Source of the DNA: Adineta vaga
Taxonomy: Eukaryota; Animalia; Rotifera
Assembly: GCA_021613535.1 (NCBI GenBank)
Contig: CP075497.1
Span: 3,844,001 to 3,908,000 of the forward strand
Direction: 5' to 3'
Length of the DNA: 64,000 nucleotides
Below the pieces are notes generated by a model that was given only the letters and a program-made list of their open reading frames with translations, ran no database searches and was not told where the DNA came from. Position 1 is the stretch's first letter. Every line of letters starts with the position of its first letter. A program made the translations under genes and the position numbers. Shown piece by piece: positions 39,337 through 53,271 of the stretch.

Positions 39337-42300
39337 TCACATTGTTGCTGAAGATGTTGATGCACCATTGGATAATATCGAAGAAATAAGTTCAGCAACA
39401 ACAGTACGACCTGATTCGTGAGATGATGTCGATGGAAAATAATCATATTGTTGTGAAGATAAATTCTCTTGATTTAATGGAACATATGATGAATCACAGA
39501 TAACATTATGCTGTTCTGTATATGATAATCGAGATTGATAACGATGGCGTGTATTTTCCGATTCTATCGGTACTTCACCTTGACCAGAGATGACTGTCGA
39601 AATTACTTCATCAATTTTTTCGAGAACATCAACAGGTACATCTGAATTTGAGAAAAGAAATGCAATGAGGAAAGGAAAGTGTGATTGACAGAAATACTTT
39701 GTAAGATATCAATGCGTGGTGTCGATTTTTTTCCATTGGTTGGAAGACGATTTTCAGAAAATGATGAGTCAATAGTTGGATTTGGTCGATGTCCTTTAGT
39801 TGGTGGTATGACAGCAAAACACGATGTGGATCTCATCGGCGGTGGTTGAGAATGGTATGGATGAATTATATCAGATGAATTTGAACTATAAGCTGAATCT
39901 TTAAAGAAGAAAAATAGACACGATCAAAGAAAAATCAGTTATTTCAAGGAAATGGAATAGGTTATTTTACAAGGTGATGTTTTAGATTGATGTCTGTTAG
40001 TTTTTGTTATAAATGAAGCAGATGTATCTTTACCAAATGAAGATTGAAGGTCCAGTGGTGGTAACTATATATAGATGATATAATCATTCATTTAATTTAA
40101 AGAAAAAAAATTCATCTTACTGAATGTTGTTGATATGATTGTGAATGTTGGAGATCATTAGATTGATAATGTGTATTTGTAATACATGATTGTTTATCAA
40201 TAATCATCGTTTTCGGTAAGCTATCTTCCTGAATTTGTTGCTGTTGTTGATAGACTTGATATAGATGATAAGATTCATCCATACCTATCGATGATGAATT
40301 ATGTTTAACATCTAATTTTGAACGATGAAATTCAGGTGATTGAACTGAAATAATACTTCGATAATTTTTAGTTATAAAATAATTTGTAAAATTACCTGCT
40401 GATAATGATCGTCCATCAGGACATGAATATGTTGTATTAAGTAACGATGGTTGTGCCATATGTGGTTGTGTTAACCATGGCATATAACTAAAAGAATTGA
40501 AGATTTTGTTCGATTTTTCAAATTAATAAAATTTACTCTTGACGAAGAATGTTTTTATTTGTTTGAGAATGAAGTGTAGTTTGTAATGGACCAACGGTGG
40601 ATTCTTCTAATTCTCGAGCCATATTTCGAATAATTTGATTAGGATTATTCGTTTGATAGATACCATTATTGGACCAATCCATTGCTAAAGACAAGAAAAT
40701 CAAAGTTTAGAAATAATTTTACGACGAATGAATTACCTGATGAATTATCATTTTGATTTGGTTGATCAACAAATTCAATAAATTCCCAAATATCTCCCGA
40801 GGTATTACCTACATATAGGAAACTAATCAAATGAATACAATCAAAATCATTCTTTTTTACATGGCGGATTTGGTGCTGCTGGATTTAAAATATAATCAAC
40901 TAGATCAATGAATTCTTCATTATTAAAAATAGGTTCTAGAAAATAAAATAAATATTCAATTCAATTTCATCAAAGAATCATTCATACGCATTTCATTTTC
41001 TTCTTCATTTGGTAGAGATGATGTTGGTTTTTTCTTCGATGATAGATATTTTATTGTATCAGCATCTAATTGAATAGCATATTCATTATTTAAACATTTT
41101 AAATTCATCATCGTCGAATCATTATAAGATAAATCATCCTTCAATGGATTTTTTGCTTGATTTTGATTGGCAAGTTCCATACCAAAAAATGCTTCCTAAA
41201 CAAACAACAATTGCATAAGAGAAGAAAATCTAATGAGTAAATGATTTACCTGCATTTCTGGTGGCATATGTTCTTCAAGTATAGTCTTTCGTAAACGTTT
41301 ATTCTTCGTACGTAATAATTCACTATCCATATGAAGTAAATCTTGACGACGACGATTACCCCGAATTTTCACAATAAATCCTCCAACACCTTCAATATAG
41401 ATTAATAAACAACAGAATTATATCGATCTGAAAATGATGTTTTGTGTTGTGTAGAAATGAATATTCACCTGTATATTTTTTGATAGTCGTCTTTTTTATT
41501 TGTTGTTCATTTGTTAGATGAAGTTTTTCTTCATCGGATCGTTCATCTTCATTGATTAACGATGAATTTGTTCTTTTAAATAAATTTTGATTTTTTTGTA
41601 AGCTCTGCTTTGATCTTCTTGATGATTGTGTTGAAATTTTTGGTCGAATAGATTTTAAATGTGCAATACCATGATCTGTTAAATAAACTCCTTCATCAAA
41701 TTTCACAGGTTTCGTTTGTGAAATTTGTTGATCATTCATCGAACAATGCGATGAATGTCTCATTAATGTTAATGTTGATTGATCTGGTTTACATAATAAA
41801 CATGTAAATGATTGTTCATGACATTTTTTCTCAGCCATTTCTTCTGTAAAGATATTCGCACACATACTATGACACCAACGATTACAATTCATACATTGAA
41901 TAATTAATTCATCCGAAGAATATTTACGTAAGCATAAAGGACATGTATTTAGTGAATAACATTGACCACATTCAGTATAATTATTTTCCCATTGACAATC
42001 AATGCCTGGACTTGTTGAACCACATTTTAAACATCGCACACACCTATGAAAATGAAATTTTTCGATCTAATCGATATTTAAATATTACATATAAAAAGTA
42101 AATCATACCATTGACATTTCCAATTTCCTTTTGGTACTTGATCAAGTGGTGGTGTAAGACAATAAGTATGATATGATATATCACAATCATCACATAAAAG
42201 AAGTTTGCCTTCATCCGTTGTTTTACCACAACATTCACAAACAGTACAATCAAGACAACGCCAACCTTTATCAAATATAACTCGAGAAATCTAAAGAAGA

Positions 42301-43509
42301 ATGATACTTTGCAAAAATGAAATTTATTCAAATAGAAACGAACCATTTTTGTAAAACCAACACAATATGGATGATAACTTTGTCCACATTGAGAACATGA
42401 TATTAATTGACTTTCTTCATCAACACCTATACTTCCACAACTCACACACATATCCTAGAAATCAAAATAGTTGTTAAATTAAACAAACATTTTCTAGGTT
42501 TCCTACTTGAGAAACCGCATAAACTTCTTTCGAAGAACACAGAACAGTTACAGAATGATGTTCTTCATCTTCTTTGATTGATTCGTGTTGAGAAGAAACA
42601 TTTTCCTAAATAATTATTTCTTTCTAATCAACAAGTTCAATTATTAACTAACTACTGTTGTCGCTGTTGCAATTGTTGAAATACTATAATCATCTTTTCG
42701 TACTTTAATCGGTCGACCACGTGAACTTGATAATGTTCGATGACATTGTATAGATTGTAAATTATCTGAATTTGAAGAATATGATTGTGGACTTATCGAA
42801 TTTGGTGGTGTTGGAGAATCCAAACTCAATCGATGACGACGACGACCACCATTCTAAAAGAAATGCATTTCATTTTTTATTATTCTACCACTATTTCCTT
42901 TTAGAATCATACTCGTCTAGCACGTTTCCGATTTAATGCATCAGTATTAGTATAAGCTTGTGCTGGTTTTCCTATTCCGTGTTTACTATTTACACGAGCA
43001 CCTCGTGTTGTTGTTGTTAGCACCGGTTTTGTTGGTATCAATGGCTAAAATTTTTTTTAAAAGAATGAAAAAATCATCGAATATTTTTATTTTACTTCTG
43101 CTTCGAAATATGGTAAAAACGTATGTTTATCACAAAAAATATCATTGACATCTGCCATACAACTATTGCAATTTATTTCCGAATCAACTATAGACAAAAA
43201 AAAATAGAATTGATATTCATTATACATAGATACTTACAATTAAATGATACAAAATCCGATTGATCGTCGGACATTTTTCTATTCGATGAATTAAACAAAT
43301 CTTGTGAAGATGACTCATCGCTTAATCTAGAAATTAAATGAATTTGAATTGAATATATATATATATATATTTACATTCAATTTCTTACCGTTCATCATCA
43401 AATTGTTTCGAATAAATTCCTGATTGAATAGATGTACTGTTCTAAAGAGATTATAAACAGAAGATTAGAGAAAAAAAGGAATTAACTCTCATTTTCTAAC
43501 CTGACACAT
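39337..43509 (-). CDS. KMT2C: KMT2C/D N-terminal unit with triple-PHD cassette (Lpt-like); start codon uncertain
   Basis: MCVSCGSIG...[25 protein letters not shown]...[36 protein letters not shown]...CMNCNRWCH; last exon reads ...SATM then TGA (39337-39339). Confidence 0.8.
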
Positions 43510-45042
43510 TTCGACGACAATTGTCGAATTCAATGGAAGTATTTCAATTCCAGAAAATATTTCTGAAAAGTCCTGGTCATATACGTACTGTTCTAAAAAC
43601 TGATCATCATTTGTTTGTTTACTTTTTTTTTCTCTTCTCCCTTTCGTAGAACAACAACAACAACAACAACACAAGAGCAATTTGACAAATACTAGTGTCG
43701 ACCTCTGCTGATATATGAGACAAAGATCGAATAAAACTATTTATTTCAACGAAAGAATCTTTTCAGATAACTAAACTTCTTCGTTAATTTCCTTTTTATT
43801 TCTATACGTTTATGTATATCAAGATAAAAAGCCTATAACGAAGATTAGAGACGCCATTTTGAAATTCTCTCATTATCTTTCGAGGTCACTTGTCACGCTT
43901 AATAGATCTGATTAGATGAAATATTTCTCTTCGAAATAAAATCAATTATTTTTTATCGAATTTAAATAAAAAAATTTAAAACAATTAAATGAAAACTTCT
44001 TTCAATTGAGATATTTATTTAGTATAAAGCGACTTGATTTATTATTGGATAGACGGTAATTCAATGAGAAACAGTAGAAAGTAATAATGACTGAACTGAA
44101 GAGATGCATAACGACTATTGTCAAAACAAACGGTAATGGAAATTTTTTTTATCCATATGTAAGATCAATCTACAGAGGATTTCAGATCGAGATTTGAACA
44201 ATCAATTCTCTAGTTTTTGTGGGTTAACTGAAAAAATAATGTAAAAAGCATTCTACGCTTCATTTTTTATCACATTATAAAATTGATTTGAAACATTGTC
44301 TTTGAAAGGCATTCATAAAATCTTGAATTCGAGAAACTTTCCAATTGTAGATCTGTACAAAGTCTCTCTCTTTCCTAATACCAGTTTCTATCAAAATTGA
44401 AATCGATTCTGGACATTATTGAGTATCATCTGATGCTTTAGACTTCGAAACATGAAATAAATTCATAACTTTTTCCGAACCAAATTTGATTCAATACAGA
44501 TTTTCTTTGATTATTGGATTGTAGACCTTGGTAGTAATGTAAGAGTTTTTTTTTTCGTCGTTCTTCAAACGAACGTTTACAAGGTAACATAACATTCGAA
44601 TGTCTGTATTGTTCTTATTTCATTTTGTAAACGTTATTTTTTCTTTTCTATTCAATATTCATGCAGTCTAGTCCCTCTTCTTTCTGTTATTGCTCGTCTA
44701 TCGTTCTAATTCGTCCATCTCTGTTTTATTGCCCTCTCTTTGTGCTTATATGCTCAATAGAGAAATAAACAAAAGTGCACTAGGGATTTAGATTTTTTTG
44801 TTCGTCGTTTATTATTAATCAATGTTTACTTTAGTCGCCGTTTACTGAGTTTGTATAAATCAAAATGGAAAGAAGTCAATCTTTTATTCTTAAGTGAATA
44901 ATTTGCGAATAAGAGTTTCTTTTTTCTATTATTAATCCTTCAAACGGAAAAGTTATTTTGAAGCGCCAAAATTTGTTCTGTTTAATGATATTATGAATGT
45001 GTTATTGACTATTTTTTAGATAGGAAAAACGTTTATTAAAAA

Positions 45043-48000
45043 ATGGCTTCGATGACGAATAATTCGATGGAAATGAATGCTGATTATATTCCGCCAGTTA
45101 AATTAAAAAAGACAATAAATGAGGTAAAGATTTAAAATGAACTCTTTTTCGTCTAGGTATAAATTCTATTTATTTTTAGGTTGATCATAATGATTTATAT
45201 TGTTTTGAATGTCACGATGAAGGTGATGTGATTTGTTGTGATTCATGTTCACGTGTTTATCATCCTAAATGTCTTGCATTGACAAATTTACCAGATGGCG
45301 ATTGGACCTGTCCAGAATGTAAAGTATGTAGCGAAGAGTTTATTGTATCGATAGATCGTTTCATTTTGTTTTTCATCAGATAACACAATCATCATTTGAT
45401 ATCGCAAATCTTTCCATGAATGACTTTCATACTATGTTGAAATTTGCGCTCCGTCGAATGAAATCTCATCCACAAGTAAGATTTTATTTAATAATTTCTC
45501 GAATTAATTTTTTGTTTATTTGAAAAGGCTACACCATTTATGCATCCAGTTGATTCCAAACAAATGCCGGAATATTTGGATTATATTATTCATCCAATGG
45601 ATTTAGAAACAATTGATAAAAATATCGATTTAAAAAAATATCGATCAACTGATGCATTTCTTGCAGATGTGAAATGGATAACACATAATAGTGTTGTTTT
45701 CAATGGAAGCAAGTAGTCTTAATTTCACTACGACAATCCATTCATCATTGTGTATTTTCATCTTTTAGATCAAAGTAAATTCACTGCTATCGCACGTGCA
45801 ATTCTAAAAATTGCTCGACATGAAATGACAGAAATTGAAATTTGTTCCGAATGTTATCTACGTAGTGCACAACCATTAACACCAGATTGGTTTGCTGAAC
45901 CATGTACAATTCCACATACATTATGTTGGGCAAAAATGAAAGGTTATCAAGCATGGCCAGCGAAAGTCTTGCGAATTGTAAATGATGAAGTTGATGTGCG
46001 ATTTTTTGGTCAACATGATCGGTAAATTGATTTGAAAAAGAAAATAATCAGATTAAATTATGTTGACTCTTCTTCTTTTTCTTCGTTTGTTCTAGTGCAT
46101 GGGTACCGATTAATAATTGTTTTATTCTTTCTAAAGAATATCCAGGTTTAGAGAAGAAAAAATCAAATATGAATTTTGAAAAAAGTCTTACAGAGTTACA
46201 AACTCATATTGATAAATTAAAAGCAGTGTATGAAAATTTTCATTATGCACCACTTCAAACACCACTCAGTAAAACGAAACCGTTTAAATTCGTTTCAATT
46301 ATTGATGGTAAGAATTCTATGATTTATTAAAGATATATCTTTATCAGATATCTCTCCTATATTATATAACAATGTATTCTATAGATAGATTAGAAGATAA
46401 GACAGTGGTAGACTATCTATTTCTGATAGAAAGAAAACAAATGAGATTAGAACTTTCTCGATTTATGGCGTAGAACAAAAAGACATGAACAGAGAAGAAA
46501 ATGTCTTGTTTAAATAGATTCAATTTTACCATCTTATGTGACCATTGGAAATAATAGTAGTACACTTCGTTCATCAATCAAGTGTCTTAAACAAGCACGT
46601 TCACCTCTTCCACAACAAACAACTGAGTCAATGATGAATATTAAAACCACAGCAAAACGTTCGAATGAAAATTCACAAGATGCACAAGAATCTGTTAAAC
46701 GTGCAAGAGTTTCATCACGAACTGTTGAAGATAATAGTACGAATTCGAATCGTATTGTACTTCGAATTCGAAAACCTAGTGAAGATTTATCGAGCAGTCG
46801 AAGTGAAACATCAAATAGTGGTAGTAGTCATCAAGTTACAGTTCAAATTAAAGAATCATTATCAACTTTAAAAGAAGATGATGAAGATCAAATTGAATCA
46901 CAATCGATGAACGTATTTGAAATTTTTAATCATACTGATCAAACTCCTACGTCATCTCAAAAAGATGATGAGTAAGTATAATTTAACAATAAAACACATT
47001 CAATTCTTTTCTATGAATAGAATACCGGCTGAATCTCCTGAAAATCAATCAATACCGTCTCCACTTCCTCCGCTCTCAAATGATAATAAACAATCTTGTG
47101 TCTCACCTATCGAGCATATCGATTTAAATGCAACAGATGTCAGATTATCAATGAATGCTTTACTCGATGCTATTGATGCTCTTAAATCCATATCTGAAGT
47201 TCGTACAAATCAATCATTACTAATCGCAACAACAGCATCTACGAATGAATTTCGAGCACTACAACTTCCCTTTGCTGAACGACGTACAACTATGAAACAT
47301 CCAAGAAAATCTCGTTTACAACATCGCATAATAACATCTCAACCGAAACCATTTCCTACAAATAACATTCCTCTTCCATCTGTGGAACAACCACATTCTC
47401 CTACGTCAAACAATCTGCCATTACGACCATTATCTATAAGTCCCACGAAGTTAGTTTCAATCCACTTTTTATCCTCAATCTTAGTAACTGTTAAAATTCT
47501 TCCCTTTTGTTTTAGTACTGATATGTTAGAAGAGAATCCAATCTTAGCGAATGATGAATTAGTAACATCACATGGACCCGTTGAAAGAACGCCATCGATT
47601 GAAACGCATAATGTTAAATCTGAACCAATTGATAACGAAGAACATAAAAAACAACGAATAAATCTTCCACAAACATCTATTCAATCAACTACACCAAGTT
47701 CATCGTCATCACTCTCTACGAAATCGTTTCTTATATCACCTCCAGCAACTACACATCATCATCAGAAAACTAAATCAACTATACCTTCTCTATCGACGAC
47801 ATCCAATCCTCCTTTTCCATCATTGATACCAAATAGTAATACTACATTTGCACCACGAATATCATCAACCGCTCCACAGAAAACAAACTGGCCAACTACC
47901 GTACCGATGCCTTCTGCGACACGACAACTACCACATACAGCTCCGAAACGACCTGCTCCACCTCTATATCCCTCAACAGCACAACGTAATAGTAATATGA

Positions 48001-48773
48001 ATGCTGCAACAACGAAAATAACTCCTTCAACAGCATTACAACCTCAATCATTTGATCTTTTTTCTATAAATGCACCTGCACAACGAAGACCTAATGGAAT
48101 AACTCATCCAACATTGACTTCCAATACACCACCATTACCAACTCGAAATCCTATACGTGTAAGTTATCCTCTCATTATTATAAATAATCAAAGAAATTGA
48201 GATCTTCATTATTTTGTTTTGATTTCATTGTACTTAGATGCCACAATTTAATAATCATCTCATTCGTCCACCAATTGACGAGTAAGTTTTATCTTTAAAT
48301 TTCAAATTTTCTATTAAAATCATTACTCTTCATAGTCATCAAACACCTGGTGAAATACAAATGATTATCAAAACATTTAATGATAAAGTAACAAAAAGAT
48401 TTTCGGATTTTTCTAAATTTAAACAATTTTCTTTGTTTATTTAGTTTCAACAATTATTAACTGATTTTACTGTCAAAATTGAAACAGCATTAGAATCAAA
48501 TCGTATAAAATATGAAAAAGAATTAGAAGAGACACGTCGAACATATCGTATGTCAATGAATGAATTACGTACAATAACAAGTAAGCTAAGAAATGAGATA
48601 TCTATTTAATCTGATATCATCTTTTGTTTTCTTTAGCTCAACAAGTTCAAGAAATGCACAATAGTTTAGAATTACAATATTGGACACGTCTTTCTGAAAT
48701 GCGTAATCGTTATGAATCAACTCTGCAACAACATCCAAAACCTCCGAAACAACTCAATGGTGGCCCTCGTTAG
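45043..48773 (+). CDS. ZMYND8: ZMYND8/ZMYND11-like PHD-bromo-PWWP chromatin reader; no MYND finger visible
   Basis: NDLYCFECH...WTCPEC (PHD); PFMHPVD...HPMDL...[10 protein letters not shown] (bromo); [13 protein letters not shown]...[13 protein letters not shown] (PWWP); terminal coiled coil then TAG. Confidence 0.88.
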
Positions 48774-49086
48774 TCAATCATACTTATTTCAATGTATATT
48801 CTTTTCTTCGTGTTTATTTTCTTTTATACAGTATTGTTCTTCCGTTATCTTCTCACTATTTTTCTTGTCTGATCTCAATATATATATATACATGAAGATA
48901 TATATTTGACACATAATGTGTAATTATATTAATTTCGAAAAAAAAGTGCATTTATTTATTTGAAAATCCACACACATATATTAAAGCAATAAGAGATGAA
49001 TATCAAATAATATAAAAGGTAATTAGGGTGAAATAAGTAAAAAGGATAAAACAAAACGAAAAAGCGATGTTTTTTCGTTTGAAAAA

Positions 49087-49951
49087 TTAATCAAGACCAA
49101 GATTTAATGGGTGTTTGGGTGTTTCATTAAGAAAGAATTTTTTCATAAATTCGGAAAAAAGATTGTCTAAATCGAAAAAAAAAGATATTCTTATAATTGA
49201 TCTATTTAAATTCAAAAGTTACTTACAATCCATTTTCTTTTGGCCATGTTCAGTAATGAAATCAAAGGCTTTTTCAGCGCTTGATTCATCAATATCCCAT
49301 GAAATAAGCATATTAGCAAATTCATCTTTTGAAACGGCTCGTTCATCTAATATACAAAATAGATTCTTGAAAATATCACTTGTAAAACTATTGATTTACC
49401 CAAAAATTCATTGGCACGAAATAAAGCTTTATGTAATCCTTCGTACCATTCAGGGAATTCATTTTTCTCTTTTAAACCTCCAATAATATCATTCATAACA
49501 TCAAGCCATTCGTCTTGATAAGAGAAAACAAAACAAATTCTTTGATATAAATAAAAAAAGAAAATTGACCTACCTAAATCAATATTTCCATCATTATTAG
49601 CATCACCAACTGCGCATAAATCCCAGAAATATTTCTGAAAATGTTGTTCAAGACGTTTACGTAAAACTTTCAAACGAGCATTTTTTTGAGCATCTTCTTG
49701 TGATACAATCGACTAGATCCATGGAAAAATAGAAGAGGAAAAGTTCAAATTCATTGCTCTAATCAATCATAGAAGAACAAACCTCGATAGCAGCTTCAAA
49801 ATCTGTCCAGTTGACAAGGCCATCATTGTTCGTATCTAAAATAAACAATATAGGATGATATAAGATACATTAGGATTGACTTACCGAGTGTTTTAGAAAA
49901 GAATTGTTCAAGTTTTTTCACGGCAGTTTTCGGAATATTATCACGAGGCAT
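49087..49951 (-). CDS. Sarcoplasmic calcium-binding protein / calexcitin-like EF-hand protein, 6 exons
   Basis: EF hands DTNNDGLVNWTDF and DANNDGNIDLDEW; PEW motif; C-terminal FF...P.HPLN..G typical of the family. Confidence 0.85.
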
Positions 49952-52900
49952 GATAACAATTCGGTTGCTTTCCTACTTTTATAGTAACTGGGAATGAAAA
50001 AAATCTGAAATGAATAACTCAATAGGTCAATGTATCTAACCATCTATATATATGTACAAATATCTGTATATGAGTAAATTCATTCCTAATGCGATGAATC
50101 GACACATTGATAGAAAGACAACAAAGAAAATCTTTGCACACCGTCCAGAATATTCTAGAGAAATTATTATAACATCTTCTTCATCCATCCTACTCTTGGC
50201 TCCTCCGAGCAACACAAAAGATGGTTATACATAGCGATGGTTAATCATTTTACTGTCACTAGAGAGAAAAAAAAGAGAAAATACAACATATATATATATA
50301 CCGAACAATATGGACATTATTCATCAATGTTTTTTTTCTCTGTCTTTCTCTCTCCCGCTCTCTTTCTTCGTGCGGAAACACTCACCACTTGAATTAGGCA
50401 TTGATTGATTTCGATTCTCGAATATATCTACATAATGCTACAAATCACTCTGCTATAATAATCGTGTTTTTCATGATGTTGTAGATAGAGCGAAGTCATA
50501 CATCATCCGGACAAATGCGTTTCTCTTGAAAAAATCAGAGAGAAAAAGTGTGCAGTTCTTTTCTTAGTACGGGCATTATCCATACTTGGATATAGAACAC
50601 GCTCGTATACAAACAAATGACGTACGAACGGTCTTTCCATCTTCTAATATCGTCGTCAGAACGGACGAGCAAGCGGATAAACGAGAATTATTGTACAATC
50701 AAGATAGTATACCATCGTTTGCCAATGATATTTTTTCTCTAAATGTAGTAGCATAAGCTATTGATGATTAGAATAGACGACAACAGTTATAGCCATGGTA
50801 ATTTGTTTCTTTCTTACTCGGGATAGTTTGCGTATACATAGTAGAAAGGGTTAACAGCTGCTATAAATGACTGGAAAAAATCGTTAGGACAATTCATAAA
50901 AAGCCAAAAGAATACTACGATAAGATCATTGACGAATGTCAAGAATCAAATCTTGTCTTATCTTTAACAGAAAACTGAACGAAAAATAAATTTATTCATC
51001 ATTTCAAAGAAATAGAAAAGAAAAAACAAAATCTTTTCAATTTTTTTAATTTTTGAAGAAGAGATCTTGACTTGATCCTTTTAGGTTTGTTAATGATTTT
51101 ACCAAAAATCAATCAACACAACATATTTGCACGTTTTCTTTTAGATAATAAAATAAACCTCCACATGCCACAATCTCTTTGCATAATTTTAGTAGAAGAA
51201 AATAGCGAAAAGCATGTCAACTATCTGACAACATATATGTCGATGAATAATGATATCATTGAAGACTAAAAATAGATATAGACTAATAGAAATTTACTTC
51301 GATAGATTTCAATGTATAGAATGTATACAATTCATACAAAAAATACCATATTTTATGTTATATTTATAGCAGACAGATGTAAATTGATGAAAATTAAGAA
51401 ACAGATAAAATAGGAGAAACTATCATTAAAAATATAAATAAACTCCTACATTCAAGCATGTGAAAATGCATTAATCCCAATGAGATGTATGTCAAATGAT
51501 TTTCTTATGTTTAGAATAAACAAACATAAAACAAAAAAACTTCTCCGACATATCCACTTAACTTTTATTTTATTTATCTTAATGATTTCGTTCTAAATTG
51601 TGATATTTTCTCTTGATTATCATTTAGTTTTTAATATTGTTTTTCTATCATGCGAAGAATTACACATGAAGATACAACATTTAGTGATTTGACAAAAACA
51701 GATTCATTGTTTCTTCTATTTACACAAAATCTTGTTAAATCTAATCGCACATTGACTATTTATTCAGGCATGCTAATTTTCATTTCGTGTTTATTCATGC
51801 TCTCAATAACAAAGAATAGATTTCATATGTGAATACAATCATTATCATAAGCATGAAGCGATTTCTTTATTCTAAATTACTTGATAATTACATTAGTAAC
51901 GGTATCATAAAAGTGAACAGAATTCGATACGCATTTGAATAAAACAATAAAACTAATCATGTTTTCCATATCGATTTATTCACCATTACTTATAGCTATT
52001 CTTAAAAAGATAAGATATTTTCATGTTAGATCGTAACTTTTGATTCATAAGTGAGAAAATGTGTCGAACTGTTTTATCGTAATCGAAGATCAATAATATA
52101 AGACACAAGATACAGTTGCCGAAAGAGATGATCATTGACAAAGATTTTCTCATCAGATAAACATACTTAGATATTAATTGTTATGTTATCAGGTAGATTC
52201 AAGCGGTAAATATTAGTTTTGTCTTTAAGATGAAAGATGAGTCGTTCTAAAAATAAAACGTTTGTACTTTGGAATTTACATCAATTTCGGTTTCTATGAC
52301 ATGATAATATTTAAAACTGCGCCATATAGAAGAGTTCAGAGAGACTTCGAGTATATTAAATACGAAAGGTGACATAGCAGCTATAATGTGAAAATGTCTC
52401 TTTCTTTTTTTTTCAAAACAAATAACTCATTTTTCGATTCTTATCTAATTTATAAGAAGTTGAAAAAGTAATAGAAATGTAATAAAAAGTTATTTTATAG
52501 AACAATAGCTAAGCTATTTTCTCTGCTTTATTGTCTACTTGTTATCATACAATTTTAATATTAATGATAACATTCGACCTTTGAAATGAATATAAATACG
52601 AAGAAAACAAGAAATGAGACGTGCATTCTTCAATTTTTTTTTCTTTTCATTCGGTTATATGTATATAGATATTCAATGTTCATGACCTAGATTTATGAAA
52701 TAGTATCGCTCTGTAAGTCAGCTGTTGCTTCTCTTCGTTCGGCGTCGTCATCATCATAATCACCACCACCACCGCCACCACTGACTCTTTGCACTGTTCA
52801 AACAACACGACGAACGGACGGATAAAAAAGGATGGGAACAGACGAACACATAAGAGAAAAATGTAAGTCATAGAGAAAGAGAGCGAAGGACCATACGCTC

Positions 52901-53271
52901 ACGGCGTGCTCGGTCGATACTATTATAAGATGACATTCGTGTGAATGTACGTTGTCGAAGAGAGGGTAAGAAAATGTGTATGTGTGTATGTTTGATTTTC
53001 ATGTGAACTTTGGAACGAATGGTATGAGGTGATTGACAATATCCTTATAGACTCTACTCTTAGCTCGTTTTTTTTGTTTCAAGTTCCTTGATAATCGAAA
53101 TATAAGAAAAAAAAGCGAAAGACGAAGAAGAAGAAAGTAAAGGTAAGCATAATAATATTTATTATTCAAAAATCTTTCCTTAGGATAGATAATGTCGATA
53201 AAACAAAGAAAAGATCTGATGAAATGCAAAATTTCATAATAGAATTTCTTTTGTTCTTCAGATATTTTATT

